Notes: generated from the letters alone by a model not told the origin. A stretch of 31,700 bases of DNA from Campylobacterota bacterium (GCA_009659955.1 PUXY01000154.1:1-31700), one strand, 5' to 3'; positions 1 to 8,058 are shown, numbered from the stretch's first letter. Translations and numbers: made by a program.

Positions 1-189
1 AATGAGATAAGAATTCATTGTGAAGGAATTCCGTATACTACTAATTATATAGATATTACCAAATGTGAAGGATATCGCTCAAGCGGTATTTTCTATAGTA
101 GTGACAATAACAATACTTTTGTTTTGAAAAATATATTTCTTTATGAGAAAGGGTTAATAGATCATACAGAAGTAGTATTTGAATACTAA
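1..189 (+). CDS. 3' end of a hypothetical protein (partial, runs off left edge)
   Basis: Frame 1 is open from base 1 to TAA at 187-189 (NEIRIHCEGIPY...KCEGYRSSG...HTEVVFEY*). About 26% GC in 1-240 by hand count. Not in the ORF track because no start lies in the window. Confidence 0.55.
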   Translation, partial: NEIRIHCEGIPYTTNYIDITKCEGYRSSGIFYSSDNNNTFVLKNIFLYEKGLIDHTEVVFEY

Positions 190-246
190 ATACTAATAAT
201 AAAATTATGATATGATTATCCATATCCCAATAAAAGGAGGTGTGCA

Positions 247-489
247 ATGAAAAAAATTGCATTGGTAGCATTGGTTAGTGCCGGATTTGTATTTGCAAGC
301 ACCGATTGTGCAATGTGCCACAAAGCAAATGGGACTGCTGCACCTTTGGACAATTTGACTCCTGCACAAATTGTTCAAAAAATGAAAGAGTTCAAAGCTG
401 GAAAAGGCAATCCTATGATGGTTAACATTGCCAAAGGTATGAGCGACGAGGAGATTAAAAAATCTGCTGAAAAATATGGAAAGAAATAG
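247..489 (+). CDS. Periplasmic monoheme class I cytochrome c (c553-like)
   Basis: Sec signal peptide (MKKIALVALVSAGFVFA), CxxCH motif CAMCH, distal PMM Met-ligand region, SD AAAGGAGG at 233-240. Confidence 0.92.
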   Translation: MKKIALVALVSAGFVFASTDCAMCHKANGTAAPLDNLTPAQIVQKMKEFKAGKGNPMMVNIAKGMSDEEIKKSAEKYGKK

Positions 490-516
490 GGGTTTTCCCT
501 ATTTCTCTTTTTTTTC
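482..516 (+). terminator. Rho-independent terminator of the cytochrome c gene (shared junction with convergent mltG)
   Basis: Perfect 10-bp stem AGAAATAGGG(482-491)/CCCTATTTCT(497-506), 5-nt loop, then a T-run. Confidence 0.8.
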
Positions 517-1491
517 TCTCTTTTTTTGAGCCCATTCCCTATTAACTTTTCTACACTTTTCAATATTTGCCCGATGCTCTTCCCAAGTTGATGCAAAAAG
601 GTGATGGTCTCCGCATTTTGTAAAGTAGAGATAGGGGACTTTGGCAGGAAAAATTGCTGCCAAAATCGCTTCCCTTTGAACTACACAAATGGGAGTTGGA
701 GGAAGTCCTTTATATTTATAGGTATTGTAAGGGGAGATATCTTGTCGAATCCGTTGGGGGGTAATTGGGGTATGGGAAAATTTTCCGTAATTTAAACTCC
801 CGTCCATTTGGAGTTTCATTCCCTTTTTAAGTCGATTATAAATTACTGCTGAAACCAGTTTAAACTCTTTGGGATTGGCAGCCTCTTTTTGGATAATGGA
901 GGCGATAATCAGATACTTTTTATAAACCCGGAAATTAAAACCTTCAAAAACTTTCTCTCCTATATGTTTATGCCACTGGTAGGAGACCCCATAGAGATAT
1001 TGGCAAAGTTGTCGGGGAGACATTCCAATGGGAAGTTTGTAGGTATCCGGTTTAATAAATCCTTCTGGAATATTGGAGCATTGGAAAGGGGGGAGTTTCA
1101 ATTTTTTTGCCAGTTCTCTATAGATAAAATAGTTGGTCTCTCCCGGTTTGATGGTAACATCTACCAGTGCTGCTTTGGCGGTGGTAAGTCTATAGAGGAA
1201 TTCTCCTTTGCTCATTTCTGTTTTACCCAAATCTATCCACCCGGCTTGGAGATATTTTCCTGCCAGTTTTATTAGCAACCCATCAAAGAGTGAGATATCT
1301 ACCCCATCTTTTCGGAGTTGTTCTATTGTATAATTTAACCCACCCCGGGGAAGATAGAGCACCCTTTCGGTAATTACCGGTTGTGCCAAATAAAAAAGGA
1401 GAAAGAGGGTGAATAATAAGAAAATTTGGATTAAATCGGTTACAATTGTTACCGCTCTAATGAGTATTGTAGGCTTTGTCTCCGTTTTCAA
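499..1491 (-). CDS. mltG: Endolytic transglycosylase MltG
   Basis: N-terminal TM helix, IIASIIQKEA catalytic Glu motif, VIYNRL, LQMDGS, SPYNTYKYKGLPPTPI. TTG start with SD AAAGGGAG 6 nt upstream. Confidence 0.93.
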   Translation of the reverse strand: MKTETKPTILIRAVTIVTDLIQIFLLFTLFLLFYLAQPVITERVLYLPRGGLNYTIEQLRKDGVDISLFDGLLIKLAGKYLQAGWIDLGKTEMSKGEFLYRLTTAKAALVDVTIKPGETNYFIYRELAKKLKLPPFQCSNIPEGFIKPDTYKLPIGMSPRQLCQYLYGVSYQWHKHIGEKVFEGFNFRVYKKYLIIASIIQKEAANPKEFKLVSAVIYNRLKKGMKLQMDGSLNYGKFSHTPITPQRIRQDISPYNTYKYKGLPPTPICVVQREAILAAIFPAKVPYLYFTKCGDHHLFASTWEEHRANIEKCRKVNREWAQKKREKKEK

Positions 1492-4400
1492 AGGTATCTC
1501 CCTTTATGATTTGAAATTTGGTCCCGTCTGGATTGGGAAACTCTTTTTTCAGATAGATAAAAAGTTGGTCGTTAGGATTTACGACCTGAATATAACCCCT
1601 TCCAATACCCCCTCCAAGCCTTCCGAGTTGGGGAATTTTAGCTTAAAATACTTAAAAGCCCTCTCTCTTATTCAGGAAGTTACAATAAAAAATATTCATA
1701 TTCCCGGCAGTTTTGATGGAAATTTTTCCTTTCTGAATCCCCATTTGGAACTCCATTCCAATCTGGTTTCCACCTCTGGGGAGCTTTTGATTCAACCTAA
1801 ACAGGTGGGGTTGCAACTCAATTACATTAAAACCCCCTTTGTAAATTTCGATAGTTCCTATCTGGAGTTGGACGGGGAGGAGTTGAAAAAAGGACTAAAA
1901 ATTGGAGGGTATGTAAGTCCCGGGGGAGGGGTGCTCTATTTAAATGGGGAAATAAATACCACCCAAGTGACTCTCTTTTTGGAGGGAAAAATAGGGGTAG
2001 TGGGGTATCAAGGGGTAAAAATAGAGGGATTGGATCAACTTTCCGGCAATGTTAAATATATTTTTCCCAAAGCTCAACCCTTTGTCCACCTGAAAATTGG
2101 AAAAGGGAGTGTAGATTACAACAACTCTTTGGCGGTTGGGGAGGTTGATGGAGCCACCATCAATTTCCAAACCGGAGAGAATATCTCTCCCATTTCAGTA
2201 AATTTAAAAGTAGAAAAGTTACATTTGGACTATAACAACTCTTTGGCAACGGGCTCTATGGGAGGGGTTATTTTAAATCTCAAAAGCGACTCCAACTCTT
2301 CCAGATTGGTGGGGGATTTGAATTTAAGCCAATTGAGACTGGATTACAACCACTCCCTTGCTAAAGGGGTAGTAAAAGGTGGAAATATTCGATTTAAAGT
2401 TGGTGGGGGAGGTTCTCCTGAAGTAGAAGGAAAAATTGCTAAAGTTGTAGGGGAATACAACAGAACCAATCGGGGAACTTTGTCCAAACTCTTTTTCCAC
2501 TTGAAAAATAATCAACTTTTTGGGGTAGTAAACCATTTCCGGGCAACTGCCCCCACTTTTTTTGTAAAAAAATTGGCAGGACGGGATTTAAATCTCTCCT
2601 TTGATATTGAAAATCAACTCTTCTCCCTTCTCCTTTGGGGTGTAGGGGTTCAAACAACCCAAATTGAGGGGAACCGGGTTGGGGGATATCTCTCCAAATT
2701 ATTGGTGGCGGGAGCCCTTAAAGAAGGGAAGTTCAGTGGAGAAATGGAGAGGGTAGGGGTCCGGGTAAAGGGGAAATATCCGGTAAAACTCCTTTTCAGT
2801 AAGGGGGGGGTAAATGGGAATTGGAAAAAGATGGAGTATCGGGGAACTCTCCAAAAAGCGGTAATGAATTATCAAAAAAATTTGGTTGATGTAAAGGAGA
2901 TAAATTTAACCTATACCCCCAAAAAAATGGCAGTGATAGGGAAAGTGGTAGAGGTTGAAACCCCCCAAGTAAATGGAAAAATTGGGGGATTGGCGGTGGA
3001 AAAATTGAAAAAAGGAATTGCCTATAGTTTGGCTTCGGGTATTTTTAAAGGTAAACAATTTCCTTTCCAATTCCAATTTCCGACCCTTTTTGGAAACCTC
3101 CATAAAGTAGAGTTACCTTATGGAAGGTTTAAAGCGTTGGGTGCCCCCGGAGAGATAGGGAAAGTTATTTTTAACATTGACCAAAAACGGGGAAAAATCC
3201 AGTGGGTCAAATATAGCGGATTGGAGGTTAGTCCCATTGAGATAAATTTAACCGATAAAATGGCAGTTATCTCCTTTGAAAGTAACACTACCCTCAATCC
3301 CCGCCTCCTCACCCTATTGAAAAAGGGTGCCCATATAAATTTACCTGTGGTGGAAAAAAAAGGGAAAAACTGGATTGTTGGGTGGATAAAAATCCCCTTC
3401 TCCAATCCTTCTCCAATTTATAACATCAATGCCCAAATTTCAGACGCCCTTTTTCAAATTACCACTCTTCCACTGGCTCTGAAAAAAGCTATTGCCCAAG
3501 TAAACCCCGACCAAATCCAATTTCAGGTTTCCAATCTTCTTTTAACCCTTCCCGGAGGGGGAGAGTTTGGATTTACCGGCTCCGGTCAATTACCAATGAA
3601 AGTTAAACGGCTCATTCTGGACGGCAATTTAACTCTCCACTATCTCCCCTTTCTTAAAATGGATAACTTTCCAGAAAAGGCTACTTTAGACCTCAACAAT
3701 CTCCAACTTACCCTTGCCAATTTGGGGGGAAAAGTAGATATTAAAAAAAGTTGGGTGGAATTGCCCCTCCAACCGGTGGTAAAATATACCCCCTTTACCC
3801 CTTTAATTGAAAATGGGGAGGTCAATCTCTCCTATGCTTCACCCCTTAAAATAAATGGTGATGTTCTCCTTACAACCCCCATTTTCCCTGCCCAACCCAA
3901 TCCCCACCTTCTCCGCACCCAAGTTGAAATTGGAAAGGAGATAAATTTAACCCTTCCCCCCTATGGAAAAGTGGAAATTGCCGGGGAAAATATCCATTTT
4001 TCTCTCCACGATATGGAAATAAATTTAACCCAACTTCCAGATTTGGCTCAAAAAGTGGTGGAGAATATGAAAAGGTGGGAGAAAAAAGGGAAAGGGGGAG
4101 AAGTAAATACCACCGCTGAAACCAATGTAACTACCCCCTCTCCAACCGCCACTGCCCAAAAGAGAGAACAGAAGGGGAAAAAGGGGGAAAGTAATTTAAC
4201 CATTGTTGGAGAGCTAAAAAATCTTACCCTTTACTATAATCAATTTACAATTCCTATCCAAAAGGGAAATGTAGATTACCGCCGGGGAGAGTTGAAAAAA
4301 TTGAAAATTTTGGTAGAGCCTCCTTTAAAGGTTGAAGCTTATCAACACAATGGGTATACCATTGCCCGGTGGAATAAATTGGATAAACCTCTCTTTGAAA

Positions 4401-5020
4401 AATTGACGGGATATAAAGAAATTTTTGGGCAATTGAACCTCTATGGAGGAGCCGTTGTAACCCCCTACGGCTACACTTTGGTAAATGTCCGATTGAAGGA
4501 TACCATTATCACCAAAATGAAACTACTCAACAATCTTTTGGCACTTCTCAATACCCTTCCCGCTATTCTCTCCTTCCGCTCTTTGGGATTCAGTGGAAAG
4601 GGGTATAAAATTGAAAAAGGCGGAATTACCGCAATAATTATAGGGGACACAATCCATATTACCCGGGGAGCAGTTTTGGATAAAAATCAAAATCTCAACC
4701 TCTTTTTTTGGGGATACATCTATCCCAAAACCAAAAAGATGGATATGATGATCCGGGTTGTAGTGCCCATTAAAGTAAAATATATTCCGGTAGTGGGTCC
4801 CCTTTTGAGTTATATTGTCTTTGGAAAGAGTGGGGGGCTTGTGGTTGATGTAAAAGCTACCGGAGATTTGGCAGACCCTTCCCTTTCAGTTTCTACCGTT
4901 AAAGATGTGGCTTCTGCTCCCTTTAAAATATTTATGAGGGTGTTGAAGGCCCCATTCAAACTCCGGTCAATTTACCGCCCTGACGATTATTACGGGGGTG
5001 CAATGGAGGGGGAAGAGTAA
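1409..5020 (+). CDS. AsmA-like/YhdP-family periplasm-spanning protein (putative lipid-transport bridge), 1203 aa
   Basis: N-terminal TM anchor, long alternating beta-strand pattern, AsmA-type C-terminus (NTLPAILSFRSLGFSGKGY...IPVVGPLLSYIVFGKSG...KATGDLADP), divergent pairing with mltG as in Campylobacterota. GTG start, SD AAGGAG at 1396-1401. Confidence 0.78.
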   Translation: MNNKKIWIKSVTIVTALMSIVGFVSVFKGISLYDLKFGPVWIGKLFFQIDKKLVVRIYDLNITPSNTPSKPSELGNFSLKYLKALSLIQEVTIKNIHIPGSFDGNFSFLNPHLELHSNLVSTSGELLIQPKQVGLQLNYIKTPFVNFDSSYLELDGEELKKGLKIGGYVSPGGGVLYLNGEINTTQVTLFLEGKIGVVGYQGVKIEGLDQLSGNVKYIFPKAQPFVHLKIGKGSVDYNNSLAVGEVDGATINFQTGENISPISVNLKVEKLHLDYNNSLATGSMGGVILNLKSDSNSSRLVGDLNLSQLRLDYNHSLAKGVVKGGNIRFKVGGGGSPEVEGKIAKVVGEYNRTNRGTLSKLFFHLKNNQLFGVVNHFRATAPTFFVKKLAGRDLNLSFDIENQLFSLLLWGVGVQTTQIEGNRVGGYLSKLLVAGALKEGKFSGEMERVGVRVKGKYPVKLLFSKGGVNGNWKKMEYRGTLQKAVMNYQKNLVDVKEINLTYTPKKMAVIGKVVEVETPQVNGKIGGLAVEKLKKGIAYSLASGIFKGKQFPFQFQFPTLFGNLHKVELPYGRFKALGAPGEIGKVIFNIDQKRGKIQWVKYSGLEVSPIEINLTDKMAVISFESNTTLNPRLLTLLKKGAHINLPVVEKKGKNWIVGWIKIPFSNPSPIYNINAQISDALFQITTLPLALKKAIAQVNPDQIQFQVSNLLLTLPGGGEFGFTGSGQLPMKVKRLILDGNLTLHYLPFLKMDNFPEKATLDLNNLQLTLANLGGKVDIKKSWVELPLQPVVKYTPFTPLIENGEVNLSYASPLKINGDVLLTTPIFPAQPNPHLLRTQVEIGKEINLTLPPYGKVEIAGENIHFSLHDMEINLTQLPDLAQKVVENMKRWEKKGKGGEVNTTAETNVTTPSPTATAQKREQKGKKGESNLTIVGELKNLTLYYNQFTIPIQKGNVDYRRGELKKLKILVEPPLKVEAYQHNGYTIARWNKLDKPLFEKLTGYKEIFGQLNLYGGAVVTPYGYTLVNVRLKDTIITKMKLLNNLLALLNTLPAILSFRSLGFSGKGYKIEKGGITAIIIGDTIHITRGAVLDKNQNLNLFFWGYIYPKTKKMDMMIRVVVPIKVKYIPVVGPLLSYIVFGKSGGLVVDVKATGDLADPSLSVSTVKDVASAPFKIFMRVLKAPFKLRSIYRPDDYYGGAMEGEE
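2084..2425 (+). repeat. Three tandem 114-bp (38-aa) intragenic repeats, plus a degenerate fourth
   Basis: DYNNSLAxG/DYNHSLAxG cores start at 2114, 2228 and 2342 (exact 114-bp period). EYNRT follows at 2453. Confidence 0.8.
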
Positions 5021-5025
5021 AAAAG

Positions 5026-5034
5026 TGCTAAAAT
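5026..5034 (+). promoter_or_regulatory. Candidate extended -10 promoter for the parvulin gene
   Basis: TGcTAAAAT 30 nt upstream of the ATG, with SD AAAGGAG downstream of it. Confidence 0.55.
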
Positions 5035-5064
5035 AGTGCCTAAATTTCTCTAAAGGAGAGCAGA

Positions 5065-5931
5065 ATGGTCAAAAAAATAGTTATGGCTGGTCTCACTGCT
5101 GGTTTGTTAATGGCATTCCCCGGAATGAAAGGAATGATGGGAGGACACGGAGGACTCAATGGAAAACCGATGAAAGGATTGACCGATTCCACAGTATTGG
5201 CAACCCTCAATGGGAAACCTATCACCGTCAAAGATGTCAACAACTATCTCCAAGGAATTACCGGCGACCCCAATATCAAGTTGCAACAACTCCCTGCCCA
5301 ACATGTTAAACCCTTTGTAAAAGAGTATATTAAAACCCACCTCATCTATCAAAAAGCCAAATCTGTTACCACAACCCCCCAATTTCAAGAGTTGATGAAA
5401 AAAATAGCAGATGATTATTGGTATCGGACTCAACTGAATACCATCAAAATCTCAGATGAGGAAGCAAAGGCTTTTTACGAAAAGAACAAAGATATCTACT
5501 TTAAAACTACTCCCAAAGTCAAAGTCCGCCACATTCTTGTAAAAGATGAAAAAGAGGCAGAAAAACTCCTTGCCCAATTGAAGGGACTCCACGGAAAAGC
5601 TTTGGAGGAGAAATTTGCCCAATTGGCAAAAAAATACTCCATCGGTCCCAGTAAAGTAAATGGAGGAGAATTGGGGTGGATTGATCCCAATCAAATGGTA
5701 AAACCCTTTGCTCAAGCGGTGGAAAAGATGAAACCGGGAGAATTGAGTCCTAAACCGGTAAAAACCAGATTTGGGTATCACATTATTCTGGTGGAAGGCA
5801 AGAAAAATAATAGTTATATTCCTTTCAAAGAGGTTAAAACCCAAATTGTCGAGTATCTTAAACGGGCAAAACTCAAAAAAGAGATTGACCAAGTTATGAA
5901 ATCTGCCAAAGTGGAATATAAAATTAAATAA
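5065..5931 (+). CDS. Periplasmic parvulin-type peptidyl-prolyl isomerase/chaperone (PEB4/Cbf2/PrsA-like)
   Basis: Signal peptide, VLATLNGKPIT, VRHILV, GGELGW, MVKPF, TRFGYHII. Confidence 0.9.
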   Translation: MVKKIVMAGLTAGLLMAFPGMKGMMGGHGGLNGKPMKGLTDSTVLATLNGKPITVKDVNNYLQGITGDPNIKLQQLPAQHVKPFVKEYIKTHLIYQKAKSVTTTPQFQELMKKIADDYWYRTQLNTIKISDEEAKAFYEKNKDIYFKTTPKVKVRHILVKDEKEAEKLLAQLKGLHGKALEEKFAQLAKKYSIGPSKVNGGELGWIDPNQMVKPFAQAVEKMKPGELSPKPVKTRFGYHIILVEGKKNNSYIPFKEVKTQIVEYLKRAKLKKEIDQVMKSAKVEYKIK

Positions 5932-5951
5932 GAAAGGGGACTCCTTACCCG

Positions 5952-6728
5952 ATGAGGTTACTTTTTATTGGGGATATTGTCGGAAAACCGGGGAGAAAAA
6001 TGGTGGAGAAATGGGTGCCACTCCTCCGGAAAAAGTATCAACTGGAGTATGTTATCGCCAATTATGAAAATAGTGCCCACGGCTTTGGAATTACTTTAAA
6101 AATCTACCACCAACTCTCCCCTTTTATCGATATTTGGACTGGAGGAAACCACACCTTTGACAAAAAGGAGGTTTTACCCCTTTTGGAGGAGGAAAAACTC
6201 CTCCGCCCCCTCAACTATTACGATGTGCCGGGAAAATGGTATTGGGAAGATGAAAAATTGGTAGTTATCAATGCAATGGGACAATATGGTCTCCCCTGTG
6301 GAAAAAATCCCTTTCGGAAATTGAATCGGGAAGTGGAAAAGTGGAAAGAAAAATTTATTTTTATCGATTTCCACGGAGAAGCTACTTCAGAAAAGCAGAT
6401 GCTTTTTCACCTTTTAAAAGGGAGAGTAGGGGCAATTATCGGCACCCACACCCACATCGGCACCGACGACCTCCAAATTGAAGAGGGAACCTGCTATTTG
6501 ACCGATGTAGGATTGACCGGTTGCAATGATGGAATGATAGGTTTCGATTGGAAAAAAGCCCTCCCCGGTTATCTCACCGGCACCCGCTCCAAACTGGAGA
6601 TAGATGATAAATGTAAATCCATTTTCCAAGGGGTAATTTTAGAGTGGAATGGAACCCAAACCTGTTGGGCCATCAAAGTTAAAGGGGACTCCCATACCCT
6701 CCACGAAACCCAATTGGTAAGAGGATAA
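5952..6728 (+). CDS. ymdB: YmdB-like (TIGR00282) metallophosphoesterase
   Basis: GDIVG, NYEN, GGNHT, DFHGEATSEK, GTHTH, TDVGLTG motifs. Confidence 0.92.
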   Translation: MRLLFIGDIVGKPGRKMVEKWVPLLRKKYQLEYVIANYENSAHGFGITLKIYHQLSPFIDIWTGGNHTFDKKEVLPLLEEEKLLRPLNYYDVPGKWYWEDEKLVVINAMGQYGLPCGKNPFRKLNREVEKWKEKFIFIDFHGEATSEKQMLFHLLKGRVGAIIGTHTHIGTDDLQIEEGTCYLTDVGLTGCNDGMIGFDWKKALPGYLTGTRSKLEIDDKCKSIFQGVILEWNGTQTCWAIKVKGDSHTLHETQLVRG

Positions 6729-6836
6729 AAACTACCCTATTTCCCCCACTTTCCCCCCTTTAGAAAAATTTAGTATGATAGATTTTAAGTAAGAGTTAAT
6801 GGCTTACCCCTTTCCATCTTCCCACAAAGGAGACAA

Positions 6837-7745
6837 ATGACACTCTTAGGCTCCATTCTGGAATTGGTTACTTTGGGAGGTGCTTTTATTGTGCCCCAAA
6901 ATGAGGTTGGTATTGTTGAAAGATTTGGGAAATTCCAACGGATAGCCCGGGCTGGACTCAATTTTAAAATTCCCCTTGTCGATAGTTGTAGATACCAGTC
7001 TTTGAGAATCCAACAACTTGATGTAGAAGTGGCTACTAAAACAAAAGATAATGTCTTTGTGGAATTGCAAGTCTCCGTCCAATATCGGGTCAAAGATGAT
7101 GACCAACAAATCTACCGCTCCTTTTATGAACTGGAGGATCCGGAAGGGCAGATTACCGCCTACATTTTCGATATCGTCCGGGCGGAAGTGCCCAAATTGA
7201 CCATCGATGAAATTTTCAATGAAAAGGGAAAAATAGCCTCCGCCATTAAAACCGGCGTGGGAAAAGCTATTGAAGAGTTTGGGTATCAAATTATCCAAGC
7301 TCTTATTACCGATATTAAGGTAGATGAGAGAATTATTCAGGCTATGAATGATATAGTAGCCAGTGAAAGGGAAAAACAGGCGGCAATTGAAAAAGCGGAG
7401 GCAAAAAAGATATTGAAAGTAAAAGAGGCAGAGGCGGAAGCGGAAAGTAAAAGACTTCAAGGGATAGGGATTGCCAACGAACGGAAAGCAATTATAGATG
7501 GTTTGGTGGATTCTATTGAAGATGTCCGGAAATTGGAGGATATTTCCACCCAAGAGGTAATGAAACTGATTTTAATTACCCAATATTTCGATACCCTGAA
7601 AGATGTCTCCCAAGCCCCCAGTAATACCATTATGCTCCCGGGCACCCCCGACGGATTTCAACAGATCAGTAAAGAGATAGGGGCTATTCTCTCCGCTACT
7701 TCCCAATTCAAAAAAGAGTTAAGCTCCCCAGAAAAGGAGAGTTAA
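6837..7745 (+). CDS. SPFH/Band 7 family membrane protein (HIR-like subfamily)
   Basis: Short N-terminal hydrophobic segment, IVPQNEVGIVERFGKF, TKTKDNVFV, Ala/Glu-rich coiled coil, LITQYFDTLK C-terminal motif. SD AAAGGAG. Confidence 0.88.
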   Translation: MTLLGSILELVTLGGAFIVPQNEVGIVERFGKFQRIARAGLNFKIPLVDSCRYQSLRIQQLDVEVATKTKDNVFVELQVSVQYRVKDDDQQIYRSFYELEDPEGQITAYIFDIVRAEVPKLTIDEIFNEKGKIASAIKTGVGKAIEEFGYQIIQALITDIKVDERIIQAMNDIVASEREKQAAIEKAEAKKILKVKEAEAEAESKRLQGIGIANERKAIIDGLVDSIEDVRKLEDISTQEVMKLILITQYFDTLKDVSQAPSNTIMLPGTPDGFQQISKEIGAILSATSQFKKELSSPEKES

Positions 7746-7831
7746 GTTTTCTTCCTCCCCTTTTCCTTGAAAGTAAATTTTTAGAAGGGGGGATTCTCCC
7801 CTCCAAACAATCTTTTTACCAAAAAATAGAT

Positions 7832-7906
7832 GGGTAAAGAGGGGCACCCCTTCAAAAAGGAGTAATTTACTCCTCTTTTAAAGGGCAAAATACCCCTACT
7901 TTACCC
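7832..7906. repeat. ~75-bp imperfect palindrome in the SPFH/tRNA intergenic region
   Basis: GGGTAAAG(7832-39)/CTTTACCC(7899-7906), AGGGG/CCCCT, CCCTT/AAGGG and central AGGAGTAA-T-TTACTCCT (7858-7874). Confidence 0.7.
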
Positions 7907-7940
7907 TTTACCCGGGCAATTGGATTGGGAAAATGATGGG

Positions 7941-7971
7941 AAAAAACCAACCAATAAAAGATTGGATTGGT
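7941..7971 (-). terminator. Rho-independent terminator of the tRNA pair
   Basis: ACCAACCAAT/ATTGGATTGGT stem (one bulge), followed on the minus strand by a T-run, 10 nt downstream of tRNA-Val. Confidence 0.7.
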
Positions 7972-7981
7972 ATGGAGGTGA

Positions 7982-8058
7982 TGGTGGTTCCGGCAGGACT
8001 CGAACCTGCGACCCCTACCATGTCAAGGTAGTGCTCTAACCAACTGAGCTACGGAACC
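7982..8058 (-). tRNA. tRNA-Val(GAC)
   Basis: Reverse complement GGTTCCGTAGCTCAGTTGGTTAGAGCACTACCTTGACATGGTAGGGGTCGCAGGTTCGAGTCCTGCCGGAACCACCA; full cloverleaf, encoded CCA. Confidence 0.97.

Noticed and set aside
2803-2810. G8 tract in the AsmA-like gene, and C7 at 21549-21555, as phase-variation sites
   Set aside because: The gene is in frame and G/C runs of 5-7 are common throughout the window. Read-level length variation would be needed.
7982-8058. tRNA-Val as an integration site with attL/attR
   Set aside because: No integrase and no duplicated tRNA 3' end beyond a chance 9-nt match near 16571.
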